A stretch of 63,726 nucleotides of DNA, the filler included, from an uncultured archaeon (GTDB lineage: Archaea > Nanobdellota > Nanobdellia > Woesearchaeales > CAIVOO01): the NCBI GenBank assembly GCA_903842985.1. It is 6 parts of 6 records of this genome, joined end to end, with 100 filler letters (N's around TTAATTAATTAA, not from the genome) between each part and the next. Parts side by side here need not be neighbours in the genome. Positions count along the whole stretch, not along the records: positions 16,628 to 36,570 come from CAIMOB010000047.1; 5 more parts are not named here. One strand, given 5' to 3'. This document shows, in pieces, positions 17,677 to 26,645 of this stretch. Made by a program: the position numbers and the translations under genes. The notes under the pieces were generated by a model. It saw only the letters and a program-made list of their open reading frames with translations, made no database searches and had not been told where the DNA came from. The first letter of the stretch is position 1, and each line of letters opens with the position of its first letter.

Positions 17677-17990
17677 CTGTCATTGAACTGACGCACGAGA
17701 ACTTTGAATCAGAGACAAAGAAGAGCAAGCTGATAATAGTTGATTTCTATGCAAACTGGTGCGGTCCGTGCCAGATGCTGAAGCCCGTGTTCAAGAAGGT
17801 TTCAGAGGAGTTCAGCCAGATAAAATTTGCAAAGGTCAACATCGAAGAGGAGCAGGGGCTTGCAGAGGAATATGGAGTGAGGAGCATACCCTGCCTGGTC
17901 ATCTTCAAGGACGGCAATGAAGTTGAAAGAATTGTCGGCTACCAGAACGAAGATGATTTGAGAGAGAAGCTGGATGAGTTGGGTTCTTGA
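17673..17990 (+). CDS. trxA: Thioredoxin
   Basis: VDFYANWCGPC, GVRSIP. Confidence 0.96.
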   Translation: MTVIELTHENFESETKKSKLIIVDFYANWCGPCQMLKPVFKKVSEEFSQIKFAKVNIEEEQGLAEEYGVRSIPCLVIFKDGNEVERIVGYQNEDDLREKLDELGS

Positions 17991-20900
17991 TTACCTGCAT
18001 CCTGTAACTGTGCAGTATTTATTAACATCACATTCTTGGCCATAGCATGAGCATTTCTGTGTAATCTGATTTATCTTGTCAACAGCGCATTCCGGCAGAA
18101 TAGTTGGCGCAGCCGTCGAAACACAAGTTGTTTCTGTGTCAGGAGTTCCGCCTGTGCAACCTGCTGGCAAACTAGTTTTAATCTTTCTTGTCATCTTTCC
18201 GTTTAAACAAGCAGACCAATCCTCATATGTAAAATCAGTACAAGTAGGAGTTGTCGGCGTATTAGATTTTTCAGAAGCGGGCGCTGCCGCTGCAGGAGCA
18301 GGTGCTGCAGCTGGTTGCGCTGCAGGAGCTGTTGGCGGCGCTGTTCCATAATACTCAACCTTCAATCCTGCCTGGTTTGAAACGAACTTCGTGTAATAAA
18401 TTCTGTATTTTGTTTCGAAAATAGTAGACTGGTCAGCAAAAATAGTATCTTCTGGACCTTGTTCGACAGAAACAACTGCCCTGGCTGAATCTGCGTATAT
18501 AACTTTTATATCAAACGTCTTGTCGTAAATCTTTACTGACGTGTTTTGGTTGGCTCCAAGCGACAAACTGCATCTTATATTATTTCCTGCATTGTCCTTG
18601 TCGCATCCTTTGGCTGCCTGCCCACCAGTTATTATGTTAATTGGTATGTCCTTTTTCTGCTCTACGCCGCCGTACACGACAAGTGGAGCATCAGGCGCGT
18701 TTGCGCACAAGTCACCGCCGCCAAATGTTGAGTTGTTTGGATACCTCATCTGGAGCTGTATATTCCATTTCTCGCTCGGCGCTCCCGAAATTGAGAATGT
18801 AATTGTGAATGCGATTGCCGCATTTGCACTTCTCTTCCAGTTGGTATCAGAAGGTAATGTGCCAAGCGATGAAAGCGCGCCAATCCTCGCAAGTTCCACG
18901 CCGTCAATCTGTATTGCCCAATTATTGGTTCCTGCTACTGGAATGAGTTTAGCAACGCCGCTGATTGATTTTACATTTTTCGTATCAAGCTCCCAGTCGC
19001 CTAAATTCCTTCCTGTGCACTCTGCTTCTGTTTTCTTTAAGCAAGCATCGGTTAAGTTGTAATAAATCACTGCCTGTTTCATTTCCTTAACAGCAGCTCT
19101 TGGCTCAATGAGTACGCTTGCGCCTGCCTGCGAAGGTGTAACATCCGGCTTATTCATTCCAACATCGCTTGTTTTTATTGAATCAACAAGAGCGAGCGGG
19201 TATGTAGCTGCGATGTTTTCGCCAGTTACTGGTATGAATTTCCATCCTTCGGCACCAGTTGATTTTACGACACCTTTGCTGTCAACAACCCTGCCGTAAA
19301 GGCACTTGTCCCCGCCGAGGTTCCAGACTGTGACTTCAGGCGCTATGTTCCCGCCAGGATAGAACTCCTGGTTGTTTACTATGCTTGCAGCTGTTATCTG
19401 GGCAGCACCCCTGCTGTACCACATACCGCTTGCAGCGCACCTGAATTCTCCTGTTGACTGGTCAAATGTGCAGTCTGCAACATCCTTCTGCGTCTTGTCA
19501 GTTATCGGCGAGTAGAACACTGCGCTGTTCCCCTGCCTGTTCTCAGCAGGGAAGCATTCTGCTGCCTGCTTGGGGTCCTTTGCATACAATGTAATCTTGA
19601 CATGGTCATACCTGTACCTGCTTTCTGCATTCTTGTTTGCACTGCTTGTTATGAACTGGCCCTGCGCAACCTCTCCAGTGCTCTGTGCGAGCATTGTTGT
19701 CTTCTCGCTGGTTATATCAGTCCTGTCAAGGCAGTCGCATCCGTTTGGATTTTCCTTGTCTGTTGTTTTCCCGCATTCGATTCCTGTCAGCATCCCGCCC
19801 TGCCCGCCTGTCCCCAGCATTTCTTTTCTTGTTACGCACGAAAGCTGGACAGTGTAGCTCTGCAGGTCGCAGCCAGGCGCAATCATCCACGCCACATCAT
19901 AGTTGTAGACGCTGTTGAATGTATCTGGATTGAATGTGAGATAATACCTGTCTGCAGGGAATGCTGCTGCAGATGTTGTGAGCGGAGTCCTGTAGCCCGC
20001 GTCGATTATGTCCTGCATGCTTATGCCCCAGTCTCCTGTCAGCGCGCCCATGCAAATCTTTTTTGCAACAGCCCCTTCTCCGCCCTGCAGGAAATTTTGA
20101 ATCGCGGTATTCTCGTACTCAAACCCGCCAAGCTCTTCATACATTCCAGTGGCTCCGACCTTCAGCGCGCCTCTTATGAATGATGAATCAGGGTTATCAT
20201 TTGTTTCGCCGAAGAATGGGCTGCAGTCGCTGATAAGCAGTGTGGCAAACCAGGATGCAATGCTGCAGAGATATTGTGTAAATACCTCCCTGCACACGCC
20301 CGCTGTTCCTGTTCCAGATGTTTTTATCTGCTGGAAGCAGTTCCTCATCGCAGTTGCAACGCTCTTGACAAATTTCATCCTGTTGTAGATTCCTGTAACA
20401 TACAGGCACTGGAACGAATCAATGAGATTCCTCGGATTCATTGTTATCCTTTTGTCTGAATTGAATATGTAATGCTCAATCGGGCTCTGCCCGAAGCATG
20501 CAGGCCAGTCCCTTCCTGAATAATACTTTAGGGGATTATAAATGTAATATCCTGACTTGTCATCACGGTAATTCCACGCATTATCTCCTGCATCAATTCC
20601 CGCGCCTTTGTACTTACCGGTCTTGCTAATGCATTCGCAGAAATTATTTGGATTGCTTGTTACATATGTGCCAGGACTAGATGGATAAATGTATGCGTAA
20701 GAATCTCCCTGTGGAAATTGTTGGTCTATTTTTGCGCCAGATAAAACTATATCTGCAGGAACTTCTCGCCAGGTCTCCCATCCTTTCTTACTGCAGAATG
20801 TCTTGCAGTCAGGTCCTTTTTCATTTCCCTGGTCAGCTGACAGGAATGCCCTCTGCGCATCGTCGAGAGTCACGTGAAGCGCCGGTCCAGGCACATCACC

Positions 20901-23243
20901 GCACATTTTAAGTATATACGTGCCTGCATAAGTACCAGATGTGTCTGCTTCGTTGCCGTCCCAATAATAGTGATTATTTTTGTATTCGTAGCATGCTGTC
21001 CTGCCTCCAATGCCGCATCTAGCGCATGCATCACCAGTCGCTTTCTTTAGGACAACGCCTGTGCTTTCAACCTTTGTGCACAGGAGAGCGTCATCCCTTA
21101 ATTGAGTAAGCCTTGATACATCTTCAGTCTCTGTGAATCCAGCAGGCGCAGTGTGACCGAGGAACCTATCGCATGCTGTCCTGTAAAGCCAGTAGGTTTT
21201 TCCTTCATACCCCCACCAGGTGTTGCATGAAGGGCATTTATTTTCTAATTCCGTGTTGCTTAAATAATTCTGTTTATCCAATGCAGGGCATTTATCCGCC
21301 TCTTTCTTAAGTTTAGAACCGTAATAATCCCAGAAGCATACAACCCTTCTGATGATTGCTGTGAAAATCTTTACGCCGAATGCGCCGAGGCAGCTCCAGC
21401 CTGTTATCTGGACTATTTTGTTGAATGTCGGCTCTATTTTGTCGATGAATTCAATTGTCTTGTTAAGCCCGCTTATCGATGCGTCAAGAAGCTCTTCAGG
21501 AAGTATCTTTCTCGGGTCAATCTTTGTCATGTCAAGCTGGTACGAGAGAGGCAGGCATTTTATCTGGTATTTCTGCACTCTTGTCTGGTTGTATTCGCTT
21601 TGCTCTGTGTAGCTGACTGTAATCTTCAATGGAAACTCAAGGTCCTTGCCGAGTGATTTCCACCATTTGGCTGAGAATGTCTCAGGCGTCATGTTTGCGT
21701 CAGTCAGCCTTAAATTATCATACCTTACATACCAGGCAGTATTTGTTGGGTTGGGCTTCTGTATCATTGTTCCGCCCCTTCGGAGTATCTTGCAGGAGAC
21801 ATTGTATTTCTTGTCCTTGGCTATATCTGCTGAATTGCACAGATTATCAATTGTCAGCTGAGTGACCTTTGCATCTTTTCCAAGCCCCTGGTAGCTCATG
21901 TTCAGGACAAAAGAAATTATTTCGGTGCCTGACTCAAGCCTGTCTGTACTTAAGAGGTCAGGGCTCTGGTACTGTACAATGTTCAGGATGTTCCAGTCCC
22001 CGCCGTAGTAGCATGTAATTATCTTGTAGCTGAGTGCCTGCTCACCTTTCAAGCCAGCCCTGTCAATTGCAACCAGCTTCAGCTGCGCTGTCCTTGTCTC
22101 TTCCGGCTTTCTTCCAAGACTTGTCGCCAACTCTTCAGCAGTTGCCGCAGGCGAGCCAATTAAATTACGTATCCTGAAATATTCATTGAGGTCAACGCCC
22201 TTTATCTCAAAATTCCCTGTCTCGTCAGATGTTGTTGTTTTCGCAGAGCTGCTCGAATCGCCGTAGTAGAGCATAACTTTTGTAAGCGGTTTTGTCTTTC
22301 CGCTTACTGTTATTTCCTCTTTTCCTTCATAGTAAGTTGAGCCGGTCTGCGGTTCAACGTCTGTGAATGTCGGGGGAGTTGTGTCAAGATAGGTGACAGC
22401 AGGCATGTAGTCTGTGTTGTTCGCCTTGTCAGACACAACAAATTCAAGGTCATTCAGCCCTTCTGTAAGCGGAACAGATGCAGTGAATGCGCCTGACACA
22501 GTGCTTGAAGCGATTACCGAATTATTCCTGTAAACATTAAGCGTAGCCTCCTCGCTGACAGTTCCGCTGACCAGCGCAGGATTCTTGTCATAGAATTCTT
22601 TTACAGTCATGTTGAGCACAGGCTTGACATAGTCGACGCTGACACTAAACTCCTTTTCATTCTTGTTGCCTGCGTGGTCTGTCACCTCAAGCTTTATCTT
22701 GTTGGCTATATTATTCTCAAGCTTGACATCAGGGAATATGAAATACCCATCTTCTGCAACATCATCCTTGCCCCATAATGCCGAGTTTATGTAAACCATT
22801 ACTTGGGAATCAGGCTCCACATTGCCGTAGACGTCAATCCTCTGCTTGTTCCACCATGCAGGCAGGCTGGCGTTGATAAACGGCGGAACAGTGTCAGCTG
22901 CCAGGGTCGTGAACGAATAGTATTTTCCTGAATTGTTGTCAATCACAATACTGTCTGCTGTCTTTGCCTTTATCAGCGCGTAATATGCTGTTGCATTCTT
23001 CAAATCAGTGAATGGGATTGTGTAGTTCTGGGCAAGCTCTGTTGTTATTTTAGGCGGGTTGCTCAGGCGCGAGGAATTGGTGCCCCACCATACTTCTGCA
23101 AGGCTCGGCTCATCTGTGGTGAATTTTAATTTTGCAGACCTTTCTGTCACAGCGGTGACTGTTACGCCGGAAATCTCCAGCGCCTGCGCCAGCGGAAGGA
23201 CTATTATGAGCATGCACATGATTATCGCTATTTTGTCTTTCAT
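17991..23243 (-). CDS. Giant (1750 aa) secreted Cys-rich protein: Fn3-like + Ig-like repeats + hydrophobic helices + TSP1-like tail
   Basis: Signal peptide; DTVPP/DYVKP/DTTPP Ig junctions; many Cys; Pro/Ala linker then CTDFTYEDWSACLNGKMTR. Confidence 0.85.
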   Translation of the reverse strand: MKDKIAIIMCMLIIVLPLAQALEISGVTVTAVTERSAKLKFTTDEPSLAEVWWGTNSSRLSNPPKITTELAQNYTIPFTDLKNATAYYALIKAKTADSIVIDNNSGKYYSFTTLAADTVPPFINASLPAWWNKQRIDVYGNVEPDSQVMVYINSALWGKDDVAEDGYFIFPDVKLENNIANKIKLEVTDHAGNKNEKEFSVSVDYVKPVLNMTVKEFYDKNPALVSGTVSEEATLNVYRNNSVIASSTVSGAFTASVPLTEGLNDLEFVVSDKANNTDYMPAVTYLDTTPPTFTDVEPQTGSTYYEGKEEITVSGKTKPLTKVMLYYGDSSSSAKTTTSDETGNFEIKGVDLNEYFRIRNLIGSPAATAEELATSLGRKPEETRTAQLKLVAIDRAGLKGEQALSYKIITCYYGGDWNILNIVQYQSPDLLSTDRLESGTEIISFVLNMSYQGLGKDAKVTQLTIDNLCNSADIAKDKKYNVSCKILRRGGTMIQKPNPTNTAWYVRYDNLRLTDANMTPETFSAKWWKSLGKDLEFPLKITVSYTEQSEYNQTRVQKYQIKCLPLSYQLDMTKIDPRKILPEELLDASISGLNKTIEFIDKIEPTFNKIVQITGWSCLGAFGVKIFTAIIRRVVCFWDYYGSKLKKEADKCPALDKQNYLSNTELENKCPSCNTWWGYEGKTYWLYRTACDRFLGHTAPAGFTETEDVSRLTQLRDDALLCTKVESTGVVLKKATGDACARCGIGGRTACYEYKNNHYYWDGNEADTSGTYAGTYILKMCGDVPGPALHVTLDDAQRAFLSADQGNEKGPDCKTFCSKKGWETWREVPADIVLSGAKIDQQFPQGDSYAYIYPSSPGTYVTSNPNNFCECISKTGKYKGAGIDAGDNAWNYRDDKSGYYIYNPLKYYSGRDWPACFGQSPIEHYIFNSDKRITMNPRNLIDSFQCLYVTGIYNRMKFVKSVATAMRNCFQQIKTSGTGTAGVCREVFTQYLCSIASWFATLLISDCSPFFGETNDNPDSSFIRGALKVGATGMYEELGGFEYENTAIQNFLQGGEGAVAKKICMGALTGDWGISMQDIIDAGYRTPLTTSAAAFPADRYYLTFNPDTFNSVYNYDVAWMIAPGCDLQSYTVQLSCVTRKEMLGTGGQGGMLTGIECGKTTDKENPNGCDCLDRTDITSEKTTMLAQSTGEVAQGQFITSSANKNAESRYRYDHVKITLYAKDPKQAAECFPAENRQGNSAVFYSPITDKTQKDVADCTFDQSTGEFRCAASGMWYSRGAAQITAASIVNNQEFYPGGNIAPEVTVWNLGGDKCLYGRVVDSKGVVKSTGAEGWKFIPVTGENIAATYPLALVDSIKTSDVGMNKPDVTPSQAGASVLIEPRAAVKEMKQAVIYYNLTDACLKKTEAECTGRNLGDWELDTKNVKSISGVAKLIPVAGTNNWAIQIDGVELARIGALSSLGTLPSDTNWKRSANAAIAFTITFSISGAPSEKWNIQLQMRYPNNSTFGGGDLCANAPDAPLVVYGGVEQKKDIPINIITGGQAAKGCDKDNAGNNIRCSLSLGANQNTSVKIYDKTFDIKVIYADSARAVVSVEQGPEDTIFADQSTIFETKYRIYYTKFVSNQAGLKVEYYGTAPPTAPAAQPAAAPAPAAAAPASEKSNTPTTPTCTDFTYEDWSACLNGKMTRKIKTSLPAGCTGGTPDTETTCVSTAAPTILPECAVDKINQITQKCSCYGQECDVNKYCTVTGCR

Positions 23244-25186
23244 GGCATCACCACATTGAGCTTCGGCGCAGGAACATTCATTGAAAGGTTCTCGAGCTGA
23301 GTGTAATATTCTGCTATCTCGTCGTCTGTTGCGGTTCTCAGGAATTCCACGACGCTGAACTCAACTGAATCAGCATACTTAAGTTCTGTCCACGGCACAG
23401 TCCAATTGCCCTTGTATCCCCCAACCAATTTATCCTGGTCTGTCATGAATATGCTCACTTCATAGGTTGCATCCTTGTCAGCCAGAAGCTGGAAAGGATC
23501 AAGCTTCACTTCAGGGTCATTAGGATAAACTGCCATTGTTGTGAAGTCAGAATTCATGTCCTTGACCTGCACAAACACAGACTGCTTTGTTATGCTCCTC
23601 GGTGTCGGCGACGGAGGAACATACTTGACAACAGTTACGTTCTCTAATTTCTTTACCGGCGTCAGCTTAAGTATCTCGAATTTTTCAGGGACATTTGTTG
23701 ACATGAACTTCTCTGCGTCCAGGAATCCCTCTGCCTTGCCCCTCAGGATTCCGTTGATGCAGTAGGGGAACTGCGCATAGATTCCTGCAATCGCTCCCCC
23801 GCTCTTCCATTCAGATGCTCCCATGTCGCAGCTGAACATCAGGCAGGTGAATGTCAGGTTGACATCGGTGATGTCATCTCCTGTCGCTTCATTTATTGTC
23901 TGCACAGTCAGGTAATTTTCCTTTCTCTCGTCGCAGAACTGCTTTGAGAGCGGCGCGTCAGGAAGCATGAACGCTGTTGCTGATGTCACCTTCCTGCTTG
24001 CCATGTTGTGGTCTATTGAAACCCTGAATGGGAATGTGAATGTGAATGCACTGTGCCCCTTGGCAGCATCATCACTTATGGTGGCAATTACAGGATAGTT
24101 GATGTCATAGGTGAAGTGCCAAAGATGCAGGCAGACCCAGTCAAGCATCTTCTGCCCTTTTAATGGGTTTGATTTCATGAATATCCCGTTGCTTGGCCTG
24201 ACATGCATTTCAAAACCCCATTTGTCGTCGTATGTCAGGCTCGCCTTCATGTCATACTTCTTTTCTGTCACAGCCCAGATGTAGTGGTTTTTCTGGTAAG
24301 TGTAAATGTCATCTATTGGGATGTAATCTGTCTTGTCAATCTTTATCCTTGGGATGTTGTTCCTGACCAGCGTCTTTATCCTTTCAGTCACATTCGCAAC
24401 AGGCCATATCTTCGGCACACAGCTGAGCTCCACATCTGTGGTCGGGACAGCAACAGCAGGAGGCCACTGGGGCGACATAAACATAAGGTCAAGGGTTTTT
24501 TCCTCGATGAAGGCGTCAGAGTTCTCCTTATTCATTATTTGGACTGCAAGGTCGTATGCCATTTTAAGCCTCATAGGCACTTCTGCGATAAAATCATTAA
24601 GCTTGTAATTTGCCAGCCCTGACTTGCTTTTTATGTCAAGAGGCTGTGTGACCTTTACAATCACGTTGCTTTCAGCAGCAGTTGTCTGGACAGTGATGTT
24701 GCCCTGCTTTACATCAAACTGGTGCTGGAAATCAGTAAAATTATTGAGGCATGCAGGCATGCCTTTTTCAACATAGTCAGAAATCTGGACCTGGATAAAT
24801 TCAATCGGAGGCACATTGACTATGCCGTCATAATACCAGTAGGGCATTTTTATGCTGTCAATCGGCGAGATTGCAAGATAGCTTCTTGGATTGTACTTTA
24901 AATTTGCAGGCAGTTCAACATACCCTCCTGTTATTCCGACTGTCTCAATTGCTTCTGTTGCAAGCTTGTCTGCGCAGGATGTAACAAAATGGTAGACTGG
25001 CTCAACTTCAGGCGAGATTGTAACAGGCTGTGCAGCAATTCTCGCCCTTGCAATGAGCAGTACAGCTGTTCCAAGAAGTAGTATTACCCCTATAATTATG
25101 AAGGTTGTTATCTGCGCCCTTTTATGGTGCAGGTATGATAATTTCGATGAAGTCGGAATTATCTTTATCTGCGCTCTTTTTCCCAT
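23240..25186 (-). CDS. Large protein with class III (pilin-type) signal peptide, paralog of 33499-35802
   Basis: KRAQ|ITTFIIIGVILLLG; shares TSC, PYWYY, QIS.YV..CL..F, YDI.YP and P.C..GI with its paralog. Confidence 0.85.
   Translation of the reverse strand: MGKRAQIKIIPTSSKLSYLHHKRAQITTFIIIGVILLLGTAVLLIARARIAAQPVTISPEVEPVYHFVTSCADKLATEAIETVGITGGYVELPANLKYNPRSYLAISPIDSIKMPYWYYDGIVNVPPIEFIQVQISDYVEKGMPACLNNFTDFQHQFDVKQGNITVQTTAAESNVIVKVTQPLDIKSKSGLANYKLNDFIAEVPMRLKMAYDLAVQIMNKENSDAFIEEKTLDLMFMSPQWPPAVAVPTTDVELSCVPKIWPVANVTERIKTLVRNNIPRIKIDKTDYIPIDDIYTYQKNHYIWAVTEKKYDMKASLTYDDKWGFEMHVRPSNGIFMKSNPLKGQKMLDWVCLHLWHFTYDINYPVIATISDDAAKGHSAFTFTFPFRVSIDHNMASRKVTSATAFMLPDAPLSKQFCDERKENYLTVQTINEATGDDITDVNLTFTCLMFSCDMGASEWKSGGAIAGIYAQFPYCINGILRGKAEGFLDAEKFMSTNVPEKFEILKLTPVKKLENVTVVKYVPPSPTPRSITKQSVFVQVKDMNSDFTTMAVYPNDPEVKLDPFQLLADKDATYEVSIFMTDQDKLVGGYKGNWTVPWTELKYADSVEFSVVEFLRTATDDEIAEYYTQLENLSMNVPAPKLNVVMP
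25108..25180. repeat. In-frame 57-bp insertion: hairpin plus duplicated 16-bp site in the signal-peptide region
   Basis: TTATCTGCGC(C/T)CTTTT at 25108-25123 and 25165-25180; hairpin GCAGGTA-T-GATAATTTCGAT-GAA-GTCGGAATTATC-TT-TATCTGC. Confidence 0.75.
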
Positions 25187-25295
25187 CTAAATCATATTCA
25201 AATAATATTGCAGACTTTTTAAAGGTTGCGGGTTTTTGTATATAAACTGCGTAAAATAAAAAGATTTATATAGTTGTTATAATCATTATATAAGT

Positions 25296-25529
25296 ATGAG
25301 CACGACAATACAGCTGAAAGACAATACACTTGACAGGCTGAAATACTTTAAGGAATACTCAAAAGAAAGCTACGATGAAATTGTCAATAAGCTGATGAAC
25401 ATGCTTGAGGAAGGGGAACTTACTGAAATGGCTGCTAAAAAAATAATGCGCGGAATGGAAGATGTCAAGGAAGGCAGGGTAATAAGCCTGGAAGACTACG
25501 CTAAAAAAAGGGGAATCGCGCTTAAATGA
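25296..25529 (+). CDS. Antitoxin (RHH-like)
   Basis: MSTTIQL...LKYFK...ESYDEIVNKL, C-terminal EDVKEGRVISLE; overlaps the toxin start. Confidence 0.8.
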   Translation: MSTTIQLKDNTLDRLKYFKEYSKESYDEIVNKLMNMLEEGELTEMAAKKIMRGMEDVKEGRVISLEDYAKKRGIALK

Positions 25530-25801
25530 AATTCTCTGTTGACATTTCAGCAACAGCAGAAAAAGACCTGGATTCTTTTGACAGGAAAACCTGCAGCATT
25601 ATGCTCAAAAAACTTCTAAAGGTTGCTGAAAATCCACAGCATTTTCTTGAAAGGCTGTCCGGCTACACCTTATATAAATTAAGATGCGGCGATTACAGGG
25701 CAGTTATAAGAGTTGACACATCTAATAATATTCTGCAGGTTGTTATGGTTGACCACAGGGAGAATATCTACAAAAGGTTGCAGAAATTAATAGGAAAATA
25801 A
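25526..25801 (+). CDS. RelE/ParE-family toxin
   Basis: AEKDL, YKLRCGDYRAV, VDHRENIYK. Confidence 0.88.
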   Translation: MKFSVDISATAEKDLDSFDRKTCSIMLKKLLKVAENPQHFLERLSGYTLYKLRCGDYRAVIRVDTSNNILQVVMVDHRENIYKRLQKLIGK

Positions 25802-26614
25802 CTATTTCTGCTCAACCAAGCCTTTCAAATAAAAGCGCATCCAGCCCAATAAAAGAATGAGAAGGGCGATGCTTGCAATGGTTAAAAGCGTGCTGTTGAA
25901 GCTGAATATCTTGCATATTAATGTCGCAACAAGCGCCACAACTGCCATGAACACGTGAGGCACATAAAAGCTTGCCCTTATCTGCCCGAACATTGACGCT
26001 ATCGAGTTTCCTATCAAGTGTGTTTTTGAAAAGTTGCTGTAAATAAGGTTTAATAAATTTATTACAAATAATATGATCGGCACGAAAAGAGCGACTGAAA
26101 AGATAAAGCCAATTATGTTTACGGCGATAAGGTTTACTGTCACCTTGAACAGCAGCCAGTAAAATCCATACCTTATGAGTAATGCAATGACTGTGATTAT
26201 TGCAAATATTATGATGAACAGCGGCAGAAGGAACAGGTTCATCAGGAATGATTTTTTGTAGTAGCTGTAGCTGTGTTTTTTCCTGTTTATAGTTTTCCAG
26301 ATGTATGCCTGGCTTGCTGACCAGGCGAGGATTACCAGGAATAAATATATTATTCCTACAGCCACAAACATGACTGCAAATGACTTGAGCTGTCCAATGT
26401 ATGACACCATTTCAGGCGTGGGCTGTGAAAGGTCAAGACTTGCAAGAGAGGAAAGAACATTTGCTTTCGACCTTAAAATAAGGTCAAGCAGGTCTGTGAA
26501 TATTAAAGTGGATATGATGAATAGGGCGTCTGCAGAAATCACTTTTAAGTATTTGCTGTCAAGACTCATAAAGCTGTTCAGGAAGATTTTTAGTTTTTGT
26601 TTAAGCCATTTCAT
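25802..26614 (-). CDS. Polytopic membrane protein
   Basis: About six hydrophobic helices. Confidence 0.8.
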   Translation of the reverse strand: MKWLKQKLKIFLNSFMSLDSKYLKVISADALFIISTLIFTDLLDLILRSKANVLSSLASLDLSQPTPEMVSYIGQLKSFAVMFVAVGIIYLFLVILAWSASQAYIWKTINRKKHSYSYYKKSFLMNLFLLPLFIIIFAIITVIALLIRYGFYWLLFKVTVNLIAVNIIGFIFSVALFVPIILFVINLLNLIYSNFSKTHLIGNSIASMFGQIRASFYVPHVFMAVVALVATLICKIFSFNSTLLTIASIALLILLLGWMRFYLKGLVEQK

Positions 26615-26645
26615 TTTTAATGAACCTCTTTGCGCTGCATTTTAA

